From an uncultured bacterium (GTDB taxonomy: Bacteria; Acidobacteriota; Thermoanaerobaculia; Multivoradales; JAHZIX01), in contig CBDUPA010000001.1 of NCBI GenBank assembly GCA_965368975.1, positions 32,001 to 96,000 of the forward strand: a stretch of DNA of 64,000 nt, given 5' to 3'. The translations under genes were made by a program, and so were the position numbers. Positions 29,618-37,856 of the stretch are shown in pieces. The notes beneath the pieces are model-generated. The model made no database searches. It saw nothing but the letters and a program-made list of their open reading frames with translations, and was not told where the DNA came from. Every line of letters begins with the position of its first letter. The stretch's first letter is position 1.

Positions 29618-29914
29618 TCAGGCGTAGTACTTACACACGCAGGTTTCCTCGCCCTCGTCCCCCTCGCACACGCCGGTCGACCAGCCTTCGGCCTCGCAGC
29701 TCTCGATACACGTGGCCTCGACGCAGCCTTCTCCGGTCGCGGCCCAGAAGAGTTGAGCCTCTCCTTGCTGCGGGCAGATCAAGGTTTCCGAGGGTGTCAC
29801 GTCGTCGAGTGTGACGTCTGGTGCCTCGGTGGTAGGAACAGTGCCCATCGGTGCCGCGGCCAGGACGACCAGGGACAGCGCGGTCAAGCTCAAGATCGAT
29901 ACAAGTTTCTTCAT
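29618..29914 (-). CDS. Secreted Cys-rich defensin-like (CS-alpha-beta) prepropeptide, about 98 aa
   Basis: RBS GAGGAGG; signal peptide MKKLVSILSLTALSLVVLAAA; acidic pro-region; C-x4-C-x3-C-x9(GxC)-x8-C-x-C. Confidence 0.7.
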   Translation of the reverse strand: MKKLVSILSLTALSLVVLAAAPMGTVPTTEAPDVTLDDVTPSETLICPQQGEAQLFWAATGEGCVEATCIESCEAEGWSTGVCEGDEGEETCVCKYYA

Positions 29915-29924
29915 CATCTCCTCC

Positions 29925-30824
29925 TCACAGCAGAATGGTTGGATGTAGCGAATTGCTAGGCGTAGTGTACCGTCCCCCAAAACCCGCCGCTCCCACCCCG
30001 ACCCGCCCCGGCAACCACTTCGACGCCACTTCGACCATCGCGTCGCGATAGGCCAGTGATGTCGATCCCGGCTGGACGGCTTCCATCACCACGGGCAGCC
30101 GCGTGCGTCGTGTCCGTCCGCCGTCTGGGCTGCCGTCGCCGCCGATGAAGTGATCCAGCACCACGGCGTTGGCACACTCGGCAATGCGGCCGAAGAAGGC
30201 ATCCGGATCGTCGATCGGCAAGAGTGGTGAGACGGTCACGACGGTGCGAATGCCTTCGTCCTTCAGTTGTCGCGCCGCCTCGAAGCGCATCTCGACCGGG
30301 CATCCAGGCTTGGGCAGGCCGGGCAGGGTATCGCGGTCGCTCTCGATCGACAGGTGGACGCGAAGCCGGCAGCGCTCCCGTAGCCGGGGTAGCAGATCCA
30401 GCACGTCGAGCACGCGGTGGCTGTGCGTTTGCAGCACCAACTCGTCCGGCGGTTCTTCGAGCATCGCCTCGAGCACGCGCCGTGTCACCCGGAACTTGCG
30501 TTCCTGCGGCAGGAACGGCTCGGTGGAGCTCGACAGAAAGATGCTGAAGGCGCCTCGGTGCTTGCGTGCCCAGCGGCGTTCCCTTTCGACATTCGCCAGG
30601 TAGGAGGCGTCCACGTTGGTGCGCACTTCCAAGAACGAGCCCCAGGCTCGGCCGCGCGTCACGTGGCCGTTGTGGCGCACATAGCAAGCGACGCCGCACA
30701 AGGAGTTACCCAGCGTGCAACCGCGGTACGGCTGCAGGGAATGCGAAGTGACGCCGCTCAGATAGCCACTGGTGCGGGTAAGGACGTTCTTGACCGTCGT
30801 GTGCGAGATCTGGACGGATGCCAT
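29925..30824 (-). CDS. Radical SAM protein, spore photoproduct lyase (SplB/Rv2578c)-like family
   Basis: LQPYRGC...CY, LSSSTEPFLPQERKFRVTRRVLE, QTHS, VSPLLP; the Cys motif is Cx6Cx3C. Confidence 0.8.
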   Translation of the reverse strand: MASVQISHTTVKNVLTRTSGYLSGVTSHSLQPYRGCTLGNSLCGVACYVRHNGHVTRGRAWGSFLEVRTNVDASYLANVERERRWARKHRGAFSIFLSSSTEPFLPQERKFRVTRRVLEAMLEEPPDELVLQTHSHRVLDVLDLLPRLRERCRLRVHLSIESDRDTLPGLPKPGCPVEMRFEAARQLKDEGIRTVVTVSPLLPIDDPDAFFGRIAECANAVVLDHFIGGDGSPDGGRTRRTRLPVVMEAVQPGSTSLAYRDAMVEVASKWLPGRVGVGAAGFGGRYTTPSNSLHPTILL

Positions 30825-30866
30825 GGGTGTATCCTAATGGCCCTCGAAACACTCTAGGAGATCTCG

Positions 30867-32825
30867 ATGTCGCTACGCTCCTTCCGTTCCATCATCGTCT
30901 CGCTTCTCATCCTCGGACTCTGGCTCCCAGGTGCACCGGGTCTGGCCGAAGCACCTGCAGACGCCGACGACGAGCTGACCGCCGCGCTTGGGCGCATGGC
31001 GCGCATCCGTGCCTGCACTTCGCCGTCCTTCTCGTCGGACGGCAAGCGTCTCGCCTTCGTTTCTGACATGACCGGGGTACCGCAGGTGTGGGTGATGGAC
31101 GCGGAGGGTGGCTGGCCTCGGTTGGTCACGGATCTGGACGACCAGGTCGGTGGGGTGTCGTGGTCGCCGGGAGCGGACGTCCTGACCTTTTCGATGGCGC
31201 CCGGTGGGGGCTTGAACTCGCAGGTCTACCTGGTGCACCCGGACGGTAGTGGCCTGCGGCGTATCACCGACGGCGGTAATACCAGCAACTCGGTCGGTGG
31301 TTGGAGCCATGACGGCAAGAAGCTCACGCTCTCCTCCAATCGCGAGAATCCGCAGGCGTTCCGCGCTTACGTCTACGATCTGGAGACGGGGACGACCTCG
31401 CCGATGGCCCAGGATGTTGGTGCCTTCTACGAGTTTGCGTCCGACCTCAGCCGTGATGGGCAGCGGGCGATCCTCTGGCGCACGGCCAAGCGGGGCGACA
31501 ACGACCTGGTGCTGGTCGAAGGGGAGCAAGAACTCGTTCTGACGCCGCACGAACCACCCGGGGACTTCAGCGGCGGCCGCTTCTCGCCGGACGGTGACAG
31601 CGTCTATATGAGTTCCAACAAGGACCGCGACCGCACCGCCTTCGCCCGCGTTCGCTTGCGGCGTGACGAGGACGGGACGACAGCCGCCGGGCCGATCGAG
31701 GTGCTGGCGGCACGCGACGATGCCGAGTTGCAGGGCTTCGAGCTCGATGATGCCGGTACCGTCGCGGTGCTGCATTGGAACGTTGCTGGCCGCTCAGAGT
31801 TGGAACTCTACGATCTGGTCCACGATATGCGCAGGCCGGGACCGCAGCTGGAGCCGGACACGGTGAGCAGCCTGACCTTTTCGCCTGATGGCCGGCGACT
31901 GGCCTTCGTCGGTTCCGGTTCGGTACACCCGCGCAACCTATGGACGTGGTCGCTGGCGAGGTCGTCTGGCCAGGCGGACGGCCGGCAGTTCAGCCGAGCC
32001 CTGCAGCCACCGCGGCAGGTCACCTACGCCCCCCACCCGGGCGTTGATCTGGCGGCCTTCGTTCAGCCCGAGCTGGTGCGTTTCCCCGCCCACGATGGCC
32101 TGGAGTTGACCGGCTGGCTGTACCGGCCGCCGGGGGTCGAGGAACCGGCGCCCTACGTGCTCAGTTTTCACGGCGGACCGGAAGGCCAGGAGCGCCCGTG
32201 GTTCCGTGCCGACTACCAAGCCTTGTTGAGCCGCGGCATCGGCGTGCTAGCACCCAATGTGCGCGGCTCGTCCGGCTTCGGAAAGCGCTTCGAGCACCTG
32301 GACGATGGTGCCTTGCGCATGGAAAGCCTGAACGACATCGAGTCGACGGTGCGCTTTCTGGTCGACGCCGGTATCGGCGATCCCGCGCGCCTGGGCATCA
32401 TGGGCGGCTCCTACGGCGGCTACATGACGATGGTCGGCCTCACCTGGTACCCACACCTCTTCGCAGCCGGCGTCAACCAGTACGGTATCTTCAACTTCCT
32501 CACCTTCTTCGAGCACACGGAGCCCTACATCGCGGCGGTCTCGGTGACCGAGTATGGCGATCCGGCCACCGAGGAGCAGATGCTGCGGGACCTGTCACCG
32601 ATCTTCAAGCTCGATCGTCTCGAGGATCCGACCCTGGTGCTGCACGGCGCCAACGACACCAACGTGCCGGTGGTCGAGGCCGAGCAGGTCGTCGAGCTGC
32701 TGGCCGAGCGTGGTGTTCCCGTCGAGCTGGTGCTGTTTCCCGACGAGGGGCACGGCTTCCGCAAGACGGCGAACCGGATTCGCGCGACCGTCGAGATGGT
32801 GCGCTGGTTCGAACGGTATCTATGA
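30867..32825 (+). CDS. Secreted S9 (prolyl oligopeptidase/acylaminoacyl peptidase) family serine peptidase
   Basis: Signal peptide, PD40/beta-propeller repeats, HGGP, NVRGSSGFG, GGSYGG, LHGANDTNV, DEGHG. Confidence 0.93.
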   Translation: MSLRSFRSIIVSLLILGLWLPGAPGLAEAPADADDELTAALGRMARIRACTSPSFSSDGKRLAFVSDMTGVPQVWVMDAEGGWPRLVTDLDDQVGGVSWSPGADVLTFSMAPGGGLNSQVYLVHPDGSGLRRITDGGNTSNSVGGWSHDGKKLTLSSNRENPQAFRAYVYDLETGTTSPMAQDVGAFYEFASDLSRDGQRAILWRTAKRGDNDLVLVEGEQELVLTPHEPPGDFSGGRFSPDGDSVYMSSNKDRDRTAFARVRLRRDEDGTTAAGPIEVLAARDDAELQGFELDDAGTVAVLHWNVAGRSELELYDLVHDMRRPGPQLEPDTVSSLTFSPDGRRLAFVGSGSVHPRNLWTWSLARSSGQADGRQFSRALQPPRQVTYAPHPGVDLAAFVQPELVRFPAHDGLELTGWLYRPPGVEEPAPYVLSFHGGPEGQERPWFRADYQALLSRGIGVLAPNVRGSSGFGKRFEHLDDGALRMESLNDIESTVRFLVDAGIGDPARLGIMGGSYGGYMTMVGLTWYPHLFAAGVNQYGIFNFLTFFEHTEPYIAAVSVTEYGDPATEEQMLRDLSPIFKLDRLEDPTLVLHGANDTNVPVVEAEQVVELLAERGVPVELVLFPDEGHGFRKTANRIRATVEMVRWFERYL

Positions 32826-32860
32826 GTGCTCCGCCCCAGAATTTGGGTGCCCTGATCTGT

Positions 32861-32960
32861 GTAGGGGCGGCCCCATGTGGCCGCCCTGGGCGGGGTGTGG
32901 GTGGTTTGGATTCCGGATGCGGCGTTCCGCCGCAGGGCACCCACACGGGGGTGCCCCTAC
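32861..32960. repeat. GTAG-type REP doublet (REPIN-like) between convergent genes
   Basis: GTAGGGGCGGCCCCATGTGGCCGCCC (32861-32886) and inverted partner GGGCACCCACACGGGGGTGCCCCTAC (32935-32960), each with an internal hairpin. Confidence 0.75.
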
Positions 32961-32998
32961 CCAGAGTACAGATCTGAAGTCCGGTGCCAGTGAGGGGT

Positions 32999-34282
32999 TC
33001 AGAGCGAATCCCGCTCGACCGGCATGGTCATGCAGTGCGGGCCGCCGCGGGCGCGCGAGAGTTCGTTGTCCCGCAGTGAGACGACCGTCTTCTCACCATT
33101 CAGCAGGTCGACGCCGCCCGCCAGGATCTCTTCGTCCGTCACCACGCGCCAGCCGCGACGCTGCAACTCGGTGACGGTGCGCCGGTTGCGACGGTAGAGC
33201 AGGATGACGCCGGGGGCGATGGCGAAGGAGTTGGCGCCATCGGTCCACTGCTCGCGCTGCTGGAAGATCAGATCGTCGGCACCGCCGCAGGGCACGATGT
33301 CGATGTCGACGCCGACCTCGGCCAGCGCCTGCACCATCGAGCTTCGCGGCGCCATGGCGAGCTCGTCGGCTTGCAGGTCCGTGTAGTAGACCCGCGCCGA
33401 CTGCGTGTGCCCGGCTTCGACCACCGGCGGGTAGCCCAGGCAGGTGTTGTGGTCGATGAAGGTGAAGACCGTGTCCAGGTGCATGAACGACCGCTGGGCT
33501 GGCAACTGCACGACCAGCAGGTGCTTCCAGGTCGTCTCGTGGCTGCGCAGGTACTCGGCGAACAGCTCGACGCCCTGCAGGTTGGTGCGAGCGCTGACGC
33601 CGACCATCACCAGCTCGGGACTCACCACCAGCACGTCGCCGCCTTCCAGCTCCGGATAGGGGAATTCGAGTTCACGTTCCGCCTCCCACGAGGTCGGCCA
33701 GTCGGCGTCGAGTTGGAAGCGGTCGCTGTGGTCCCTCAGGGCTGGGTGGTGCTCGAAGATCAGGCGTGCGATGAACGGCTCACGCTCGCGCGCTTCCGTG
33801 GCCATGGCGGACAGGATCACTCGATCACCGATCACCACCTGCGGGTCGCGCTGGAAGAAGTAGTTGGGCAGTGGCTCGAGCTCGAAGAAGCGCCGCCGGC
33901 GTCCGATCAGCGGATAGCCGTCGTAGCGAATGCCGCAAATCAGCGTCGCCGCCAGCTGCGGCGAGGGCAGGTCGCCCAGAGGCTTGCAGTCCTCGGCGTC
34001 GAGGCCATAGTCGTGCTCGAGCGCTTCCAGCACCTCGTTGCGCGCTGCCGGCTGCTCCAGGATGTCGGCCATCAGTTCCTGGGGGTCGAGAGTTTCGACC
34101 CCAGCAGAGTGCAGTACCCTACGAAACGTGTCGTGCTCCCGCTGTGCCTGCTTGAGGTCGAGGATGTCGTCGAACAGCAGTCGCTCCATCATCGCCGGCA
34201 CCATCCACTCGATTTCCAGCCCGGGGCGGTGCACCAGCACCCGGCGGAGCCTGCCGATTTCAGAGTCCACTCGCAGAGTCAT
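32999..34282 (-). CDS. arcA: Arginine deiminase
   Basis: VDSEIGRLRRVLVHRPG, LLFDD, PNYFFQRD, LEGGD, MHLDT, EQWTDGAN, ELSRARGGPHCMTMP. Confidence 0.92.
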   Translation of the reverse strand: MTLRVDSEIGRLRRVLVHRPGLEIEWMVPAMMERLLFDDILDLKQAQREHDTFRRVLHSAGVETLDPQELMADILEQPAARNEVLEALEHDYGLDAEDCKPLGDLPSPQLAATLICGIRYDGYPLIGRRRRFFELEPLPNYFFQRDPQVVIGDRVILSAMATEAREREPFIARLIFEHHPALRDHSDRFQLDADWPTSWEAERELEFPYPELEGGDVLVVSPELVMVGVSARTNLQGVELFAEYLRSHETTWKHLLVVQLPAQRSFMHLDTVFTFIDHNTCLGYPPVVEAGHTQSARVYYTDLQADELAMAPRSSMVQALAEVGVDIDIVPCGGADDLIFQQREQWTDGANSFAIAPGVILLYRRNRRTVTELQRRGWRVVTDEEILAGGVDLLNGEKTVVSLRDNELSRARGGPHCMTMPVERDSL

Positions 34283-34368
34283 AAAAGCTTTCCTATGTGT
34301 CACTTGCGGCCCAGGGAGATCCGGGCGGTAGGTCGAGGCAGGTGGGGATTGTAGCAGAGGACGGCGAC

Positions 34369-34779
34369 TCAGCTGAGTCGCCCGCGGACGACCTGGACGA
34401 ATTGCAGAAGGTCGTCTAGTCGATGCTCCGCGATCGAACGCACGACATCGAGATTGACGTCGTCATAGCCGTGTACCAGGATGTTGCGAAAGCTGATCAT
34501 CTTGGCTAGGTCCTCGGCTTGCGAGGCGTCGAACCATCCTTCCTGCGCCAGCAGGCGGAACAGGTCGCGATTGCTTTCTGGCTGCCCGAGGTTGTCGTCA
34601 GACACGATGTGGGAAGCGATGTCCTGAACCGCCTGGATCGCCTTCTGCAGCATCCGTTCGACGAAACTGCGGTGTTCCAGGTCGTTCTCGATCGCCTCCG
34701 GGCGCAGACGCTGCCGCAGTTGCTCGACGTACGTCTCGATGCTGGCGAGTTTCTTGAGGACGAGTGAACGATCCGTCAT
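34369..34779 (-). CDS. hepT: HepT-like HEPN ribonuclease toxin (DUF86)
   Basis: RNILVHGY = RX4HXY motif; ATGA overlap with the upstream nucleotidyltransferase gene. Confidence 0.88.
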   Translation of the reverse strand: MTDRSLVLKKLASIETYVEQLRQRLRPEAIENDLEHRSFVERMLQKAIQAVQDIASHIVSDDNLGQPESNRDLFRLLAQEGWFDASQAEDLAKMISFRNILVHGYDDVNLDVVRSIAEHRLDDLLQFVQVVRGRLS

Positions 34780-35225
34780 CGCTCCGCCTCCGGCATCTTC
34801 CAACTGCGTCTGAGGATTGGTAGTGCATCCCAGTATTCGTTGCGCGCTCGGACTTCGAAGGCAATGCGGTGGCTGGGATTGGCTTCGACCAGCAAGATGC
34901 CATCGCGCAGAACACGAAACGCCAGGTCGGGCGAGGCAGTATTCAGTGTCACGATCTGGACTTCACGGTGGAGCAGTTCCTGCAGGTCGCTATCGAGGAG
35001 GAACGCCGGGTGATCGAGCGTCGAGGGCGGTGTCTCGGTGAACAAGACCGCCACGTCGACGTCACTGTGTGGCCGAGCGGTACCGCGGGCGAAGCTACCG
35101 AACAAGTAGACGGCATCGATACCGTCGTGGTGCTCTGTGAAGAAGGAACGCAGCGCATCGCGGACTTCAGCGGTCGTTGGGACCGGGGCAACTGTGGGAC
35201 GGGGTAGCGGAGCGACGCTGGCCAT
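34776..35225 (-). CDS. mntA: MntA-like minimal nucleotidyltransferase antitoxin
   Basis: YLFGSFARG...SDVDVAV (GSx10DxD); paired with the HEPN gene. Confidence 0.88.
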   Translation of the reverse strand: MASVAPLPRPTVAPVPTTAEVRDALRSFFTEHHDGIDAVYLFGSFARGTARPHSDVDVAVLFTETPPSTLDHPAFLLDSDLQELLHREVQIVTLNTASPDLAFRVLRDGILLVEANPSHRIAFEVRARNEYWDALPILRRSWKMPEAER

Positions 35226-35418
35226 GATGACTCATTTTCACACAACGAAGGTGCGGAACGCGAAACGGCGGCCTCCGTCGAAGTCTCTTGGCTGCGTGCC
35301 GAGTCGTTCCTGTACACTCCGTCCAGGAGATCGACGTGGCAGCGAGATCGACAGGATGTCGCGACAGCAAGCGCAACTTGGGTTCTCGAGAATTGGGAAC
35401 GGATAGGGTTTTCTTGAC

Positions 35419-37767
35419 TTGACGGTTCTAGCCTCTGAACACACCGAAAGGCAAGGTATCGCTCTCGCGATGTCGATCTTCGAGAAGGTCGGCTTTCTGT
35501 TCCGAGAGCTGAGGGACCACGACCACGGCATCGACGCGGAAGCCGAGCCGGTCGAAGGCGGCCAGGCGACCAGTCAGTTGATTCGACTGCAGGTCAAGGC
35601 GGGGCCGAGCTTTTTCCGGGAGCGAGCCGAGACCGGCTTTGTTTTCCGCTTCGACGACAAGCACCATCGGTACTGGATGAACCACGCCCTGCCGGTAGTT
35701 TTGTTGCTGTGTGACCTCGACCACGGCAAGGTGTACTGGCAGGAGGTTTCAGAGCAGACGGTCGTTTCTACCGGTAAGGGGTGGAAGGTCGTCGTCCCGA
35801 GAAGGCAGATCGTGGATGCTTCCTCCAGGGCGGCTCTGGTGAGGCTGGCGGCCAGGAAGTCGACGGAGAGTGAGTTGGAAGAGACGCCGACCGAGCTGGA
35901 GGAGCTGTACGAGAAGCGTGCCGAGGCTCTTGCCTGCGGCGATGACACCAGCCACCTCGACGCCGAGATCCTGGCGATCAAGCGCAGGAACCGCGCTGGT
36001 GGCAATCTGCACACCGGGGACCTGCTGGCAGGACGCTACAAGCTGCGTGGGGTCCTCGGCGCCGGTGGCTTCGCGACGGTGTGGCAGGCCTACGACAAGA
36101 AGGCGCGGTGTGTTGTCGCGGTCAAGGCGCTGCATGCGCAGTACGCCAAGGACAAGACGCGCCGTGATCGGTTTTTCCGTGGTGCGCGGCTGATGGCCGA
36201 GCTGGAGCATCCGGGCATCGTGCGTGTGCTGGAGCAGCAGCTCGACGACGACGGGCACCACTTCTTCGTCATGGAACACCTTTCCGGTGGGGACTTGCAC
36301 AAGGCGGTGCTGGCGAAGAAGGTGGCGCGCGAGCAGGCGATCGAGCTGGTAAGGAAAGCCGGAGAAGCTCTGGCCTACGCCCACAGCAAGGGCGTGATCC
36401 ATCGGGACGTCAAGCCGGCGAATATCCTGCTGGCTGGCGACGGCCAGCCGAAGCTGACGGACTTCGATCTCGTCCGGGCCCAGGACACCACGGGCGGTAC
36501 GCGCACGGGAGCGATGGGGACCTTCGTGTATGCGGCGCCGGAGCAGCTGGAAGACGCCAAGGCAGCGGACGAGCGCGCGGACGTGTTCGGCTTGGGGATG
36601 ACGCTGGTCTTCGCTCTGTACCGGAAGAAGCTTCCGCCGAAGGTGCTGCGTGATCCGGATTCCGTGGTCGATGATTTGCGCTGTTCGATGGCGATCAAAG
36701 GGGCCCTGAAGAAGGCCGTCGACTGGGAGCTGGAGCAGCGATGGGGGAGCGTGGACGCGTTCTTGGCGGCGCTTCCATGGCCTCCTGCTGTGCAGCAGCC
36801 AGAGCCGAGGAGCCGAGTGCGAGTTGCTGCGGCGGGGGAGCCGGCGGTGATCGCGACGGCAGGGGTGGCACCGGAGGCCGGTGCCGTCAAGGAAGGGCCG
36901 TTCGGGATGCGCTTCCGGTTCATCCCGGCCGGGACCTACACCGCTGGCAGTCCTCAAGACGAGCCCGGAAGGCGCAGCCAGGAGTGGCCGCAGCACCCCG
37001 TCCAGCTGACGCGCGGCTTCTGGCTCGCCGAGACGCCGGTGACGCAGGCGCAGTGGTGCCGGCTGGTGTCGCGGAATCCGTCAGAGTTCCAGAAAGACGC
37101 CGAGAACCGGCCGGTCGAGCAGGTCAGCTGGTTGGACGCAGTCGCCTTCGCCAACCTCCTGTCGCAGCAGGCAGGGTTCCGGCCGTGCTACAAGCTGACC
37201 GAAAGGCATGGCGAGATCGGCAAGGATCTTGAGTGCGATAGCGTCGAGATCCTCGACTCTTGGGTGGGTGGCTTCCGCCTCCCCACGGAAGCGGAATGGG
37301 AGATTGCGGCCAGGGCTGGCACGAAGACGGCTGTCTATACCGGAGGTCTGACGCTGGAAGGCGAGAAGGGAGAGCGAGCCGAGGAGCTGGACGCCATCGC
37401 CTGGTATTCCGGGAACACTGGCTATGGAACGGAGCCCGTGAAGCAGAAGCTGGCGAACGCGTGGGGTCTCCATGACATGCTGGGCAACGTCTGGGAGTGG
37501 TGCTGGGATCTGCCGGGGCACGCCGAGACGGAGCAGCTGCGCGTCGATCCACGCGGAGGTAGCCAGGGCTCGGACCGGGTCGTCCGTGGCGGTTCCTGGT
37601 TCGGCCGCGCGCGCGACGTGCGCGCCGCGTACCGCGACTGGCACCACCCGGGCAGTCGCAGCCTCAACCTGGGCGTCCGCCTGGCCCAAGATCAGGAACA
37701 GCCAGCTGGGCCGGAGGCTCAGCCGGCTCCAGGACAAGACGGGGAGGCCGTGGCAAGGGCCCGATAG
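35419..37767 (+). CDS. Multidomain protein: DUF4365 (restriction-endonuclease-like) + Ser/Thr kinase + FGE-sulfatase (C-type lectin fold)
   Basis: N-term FRE..DHGIDAEAE..LQVKA; kinase GAGGFATV, VAVK, HRDVKPAN, DFD, YAAPE; C-term ETPVTQ, RPVEQVSW, RLPTEAEWE, NAWGLHDMLGNVWEW, RVVRGGSW. TTG start. Confidence 0.85.
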   Translation: MTVLASEHTERQGIALAMSIFEKVGFLFRELRDHDHGIDAEAEPVEGGQATSQLIRLQVKAGPSFFRERAETGFVFRFDDKHHRYWMNHALPVVLLLCDLDHGKVYWQEVSEQTVVSTGKGWKVVVPRRQIVDASSRAALVRLAARKSTESELEETPTELEELYEKRAEALACGDDTSHLDAEILAIKRRNRAGGNLHTGDLLAGRYKLRGVLGAGGFATVWQAYDKKARCVVAVKALHAQYAKDKTRRDRFFRGARLMAELEHPGIVRVLEQQLDDDGHHFFVMEHLSGGDLHKAVLAKKVAREQAIELVRKAGEALAYAHSKGVIHRDVKPANILLAGDGQPKLTDFDLVRAQDTTGGTRTGAMGTFVYAAPEQLEDAKAADERADVFGLGMTLVFALYRKKLPPKVLRDPDSVVDDLRCSMAIKGALKKAVDWELEQRWGSVDAFLAALPWPPAVQQPEPRSRVRVAAAGEPAVIATAGVAPEAGAVKEGPFGMRFRFIPAGTYTAGSPQDEPGRRSQEWPQHPVQLTRGFWLAETPVTQAQWCRLVSRNPSEFQKDAENRPVEQVSWLDAVAFANLLSQQAGFRPCYKLTERHGEIGKDLECDSVEILDSWVGGFRLPTEAEWEIAARAGTKTAVYTGGLTLEGEKGERAEELDAIAWYSGNTGYGTEPVKQKLANAWGLHDMLGNVWEWCWDLPGHAETEQLRVDPRGGSQGSDRVVRGGSWFGRARDVRAAYRDWHHPGSRSLNLGVRLAQDQEQPAGPEAQPAPGQDGEAVARAR

Positions 37768-37835
37768 GAGCAGCGGCCGGAGGCCGCAGCGAATCGGGAC
37801 CCGGCCTAGGCCGGGGTTGGGGGGGCGTCTCCCCC
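37705..37835 (+). other. Cluster of GC hairpins at and after the 3' end of the FGE-domain gene (candidate DGR cis elements/terminator)
   Basis: GCTGGGCC-GGA-GGCTCAGC (37705-37723), GCGGCC-GGA-GGCCGC (37773-37787), palindrome CCCGGCCTAGGCCGGG (37800-37815), G-run/C-run hairpin 37819-37835. Confidence 0.6.
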
Positions 37836-37856
37836 GCTGCGGATCTGGGCGCGCGC

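Noticed and set aside
30867-32825. S9 peptidase as release enzyme for the TE-less NRPS or as leader peptidase for the RiPP
   Set aside because: It has a signal peptide and looks like an ordinary exported oligopeptidase; only proximity supports a link.
35238-35531. 97-aa ORF upstream of mntA
   Set aside because: Antisense to the DUF4365 start and shows no recognisable motif.
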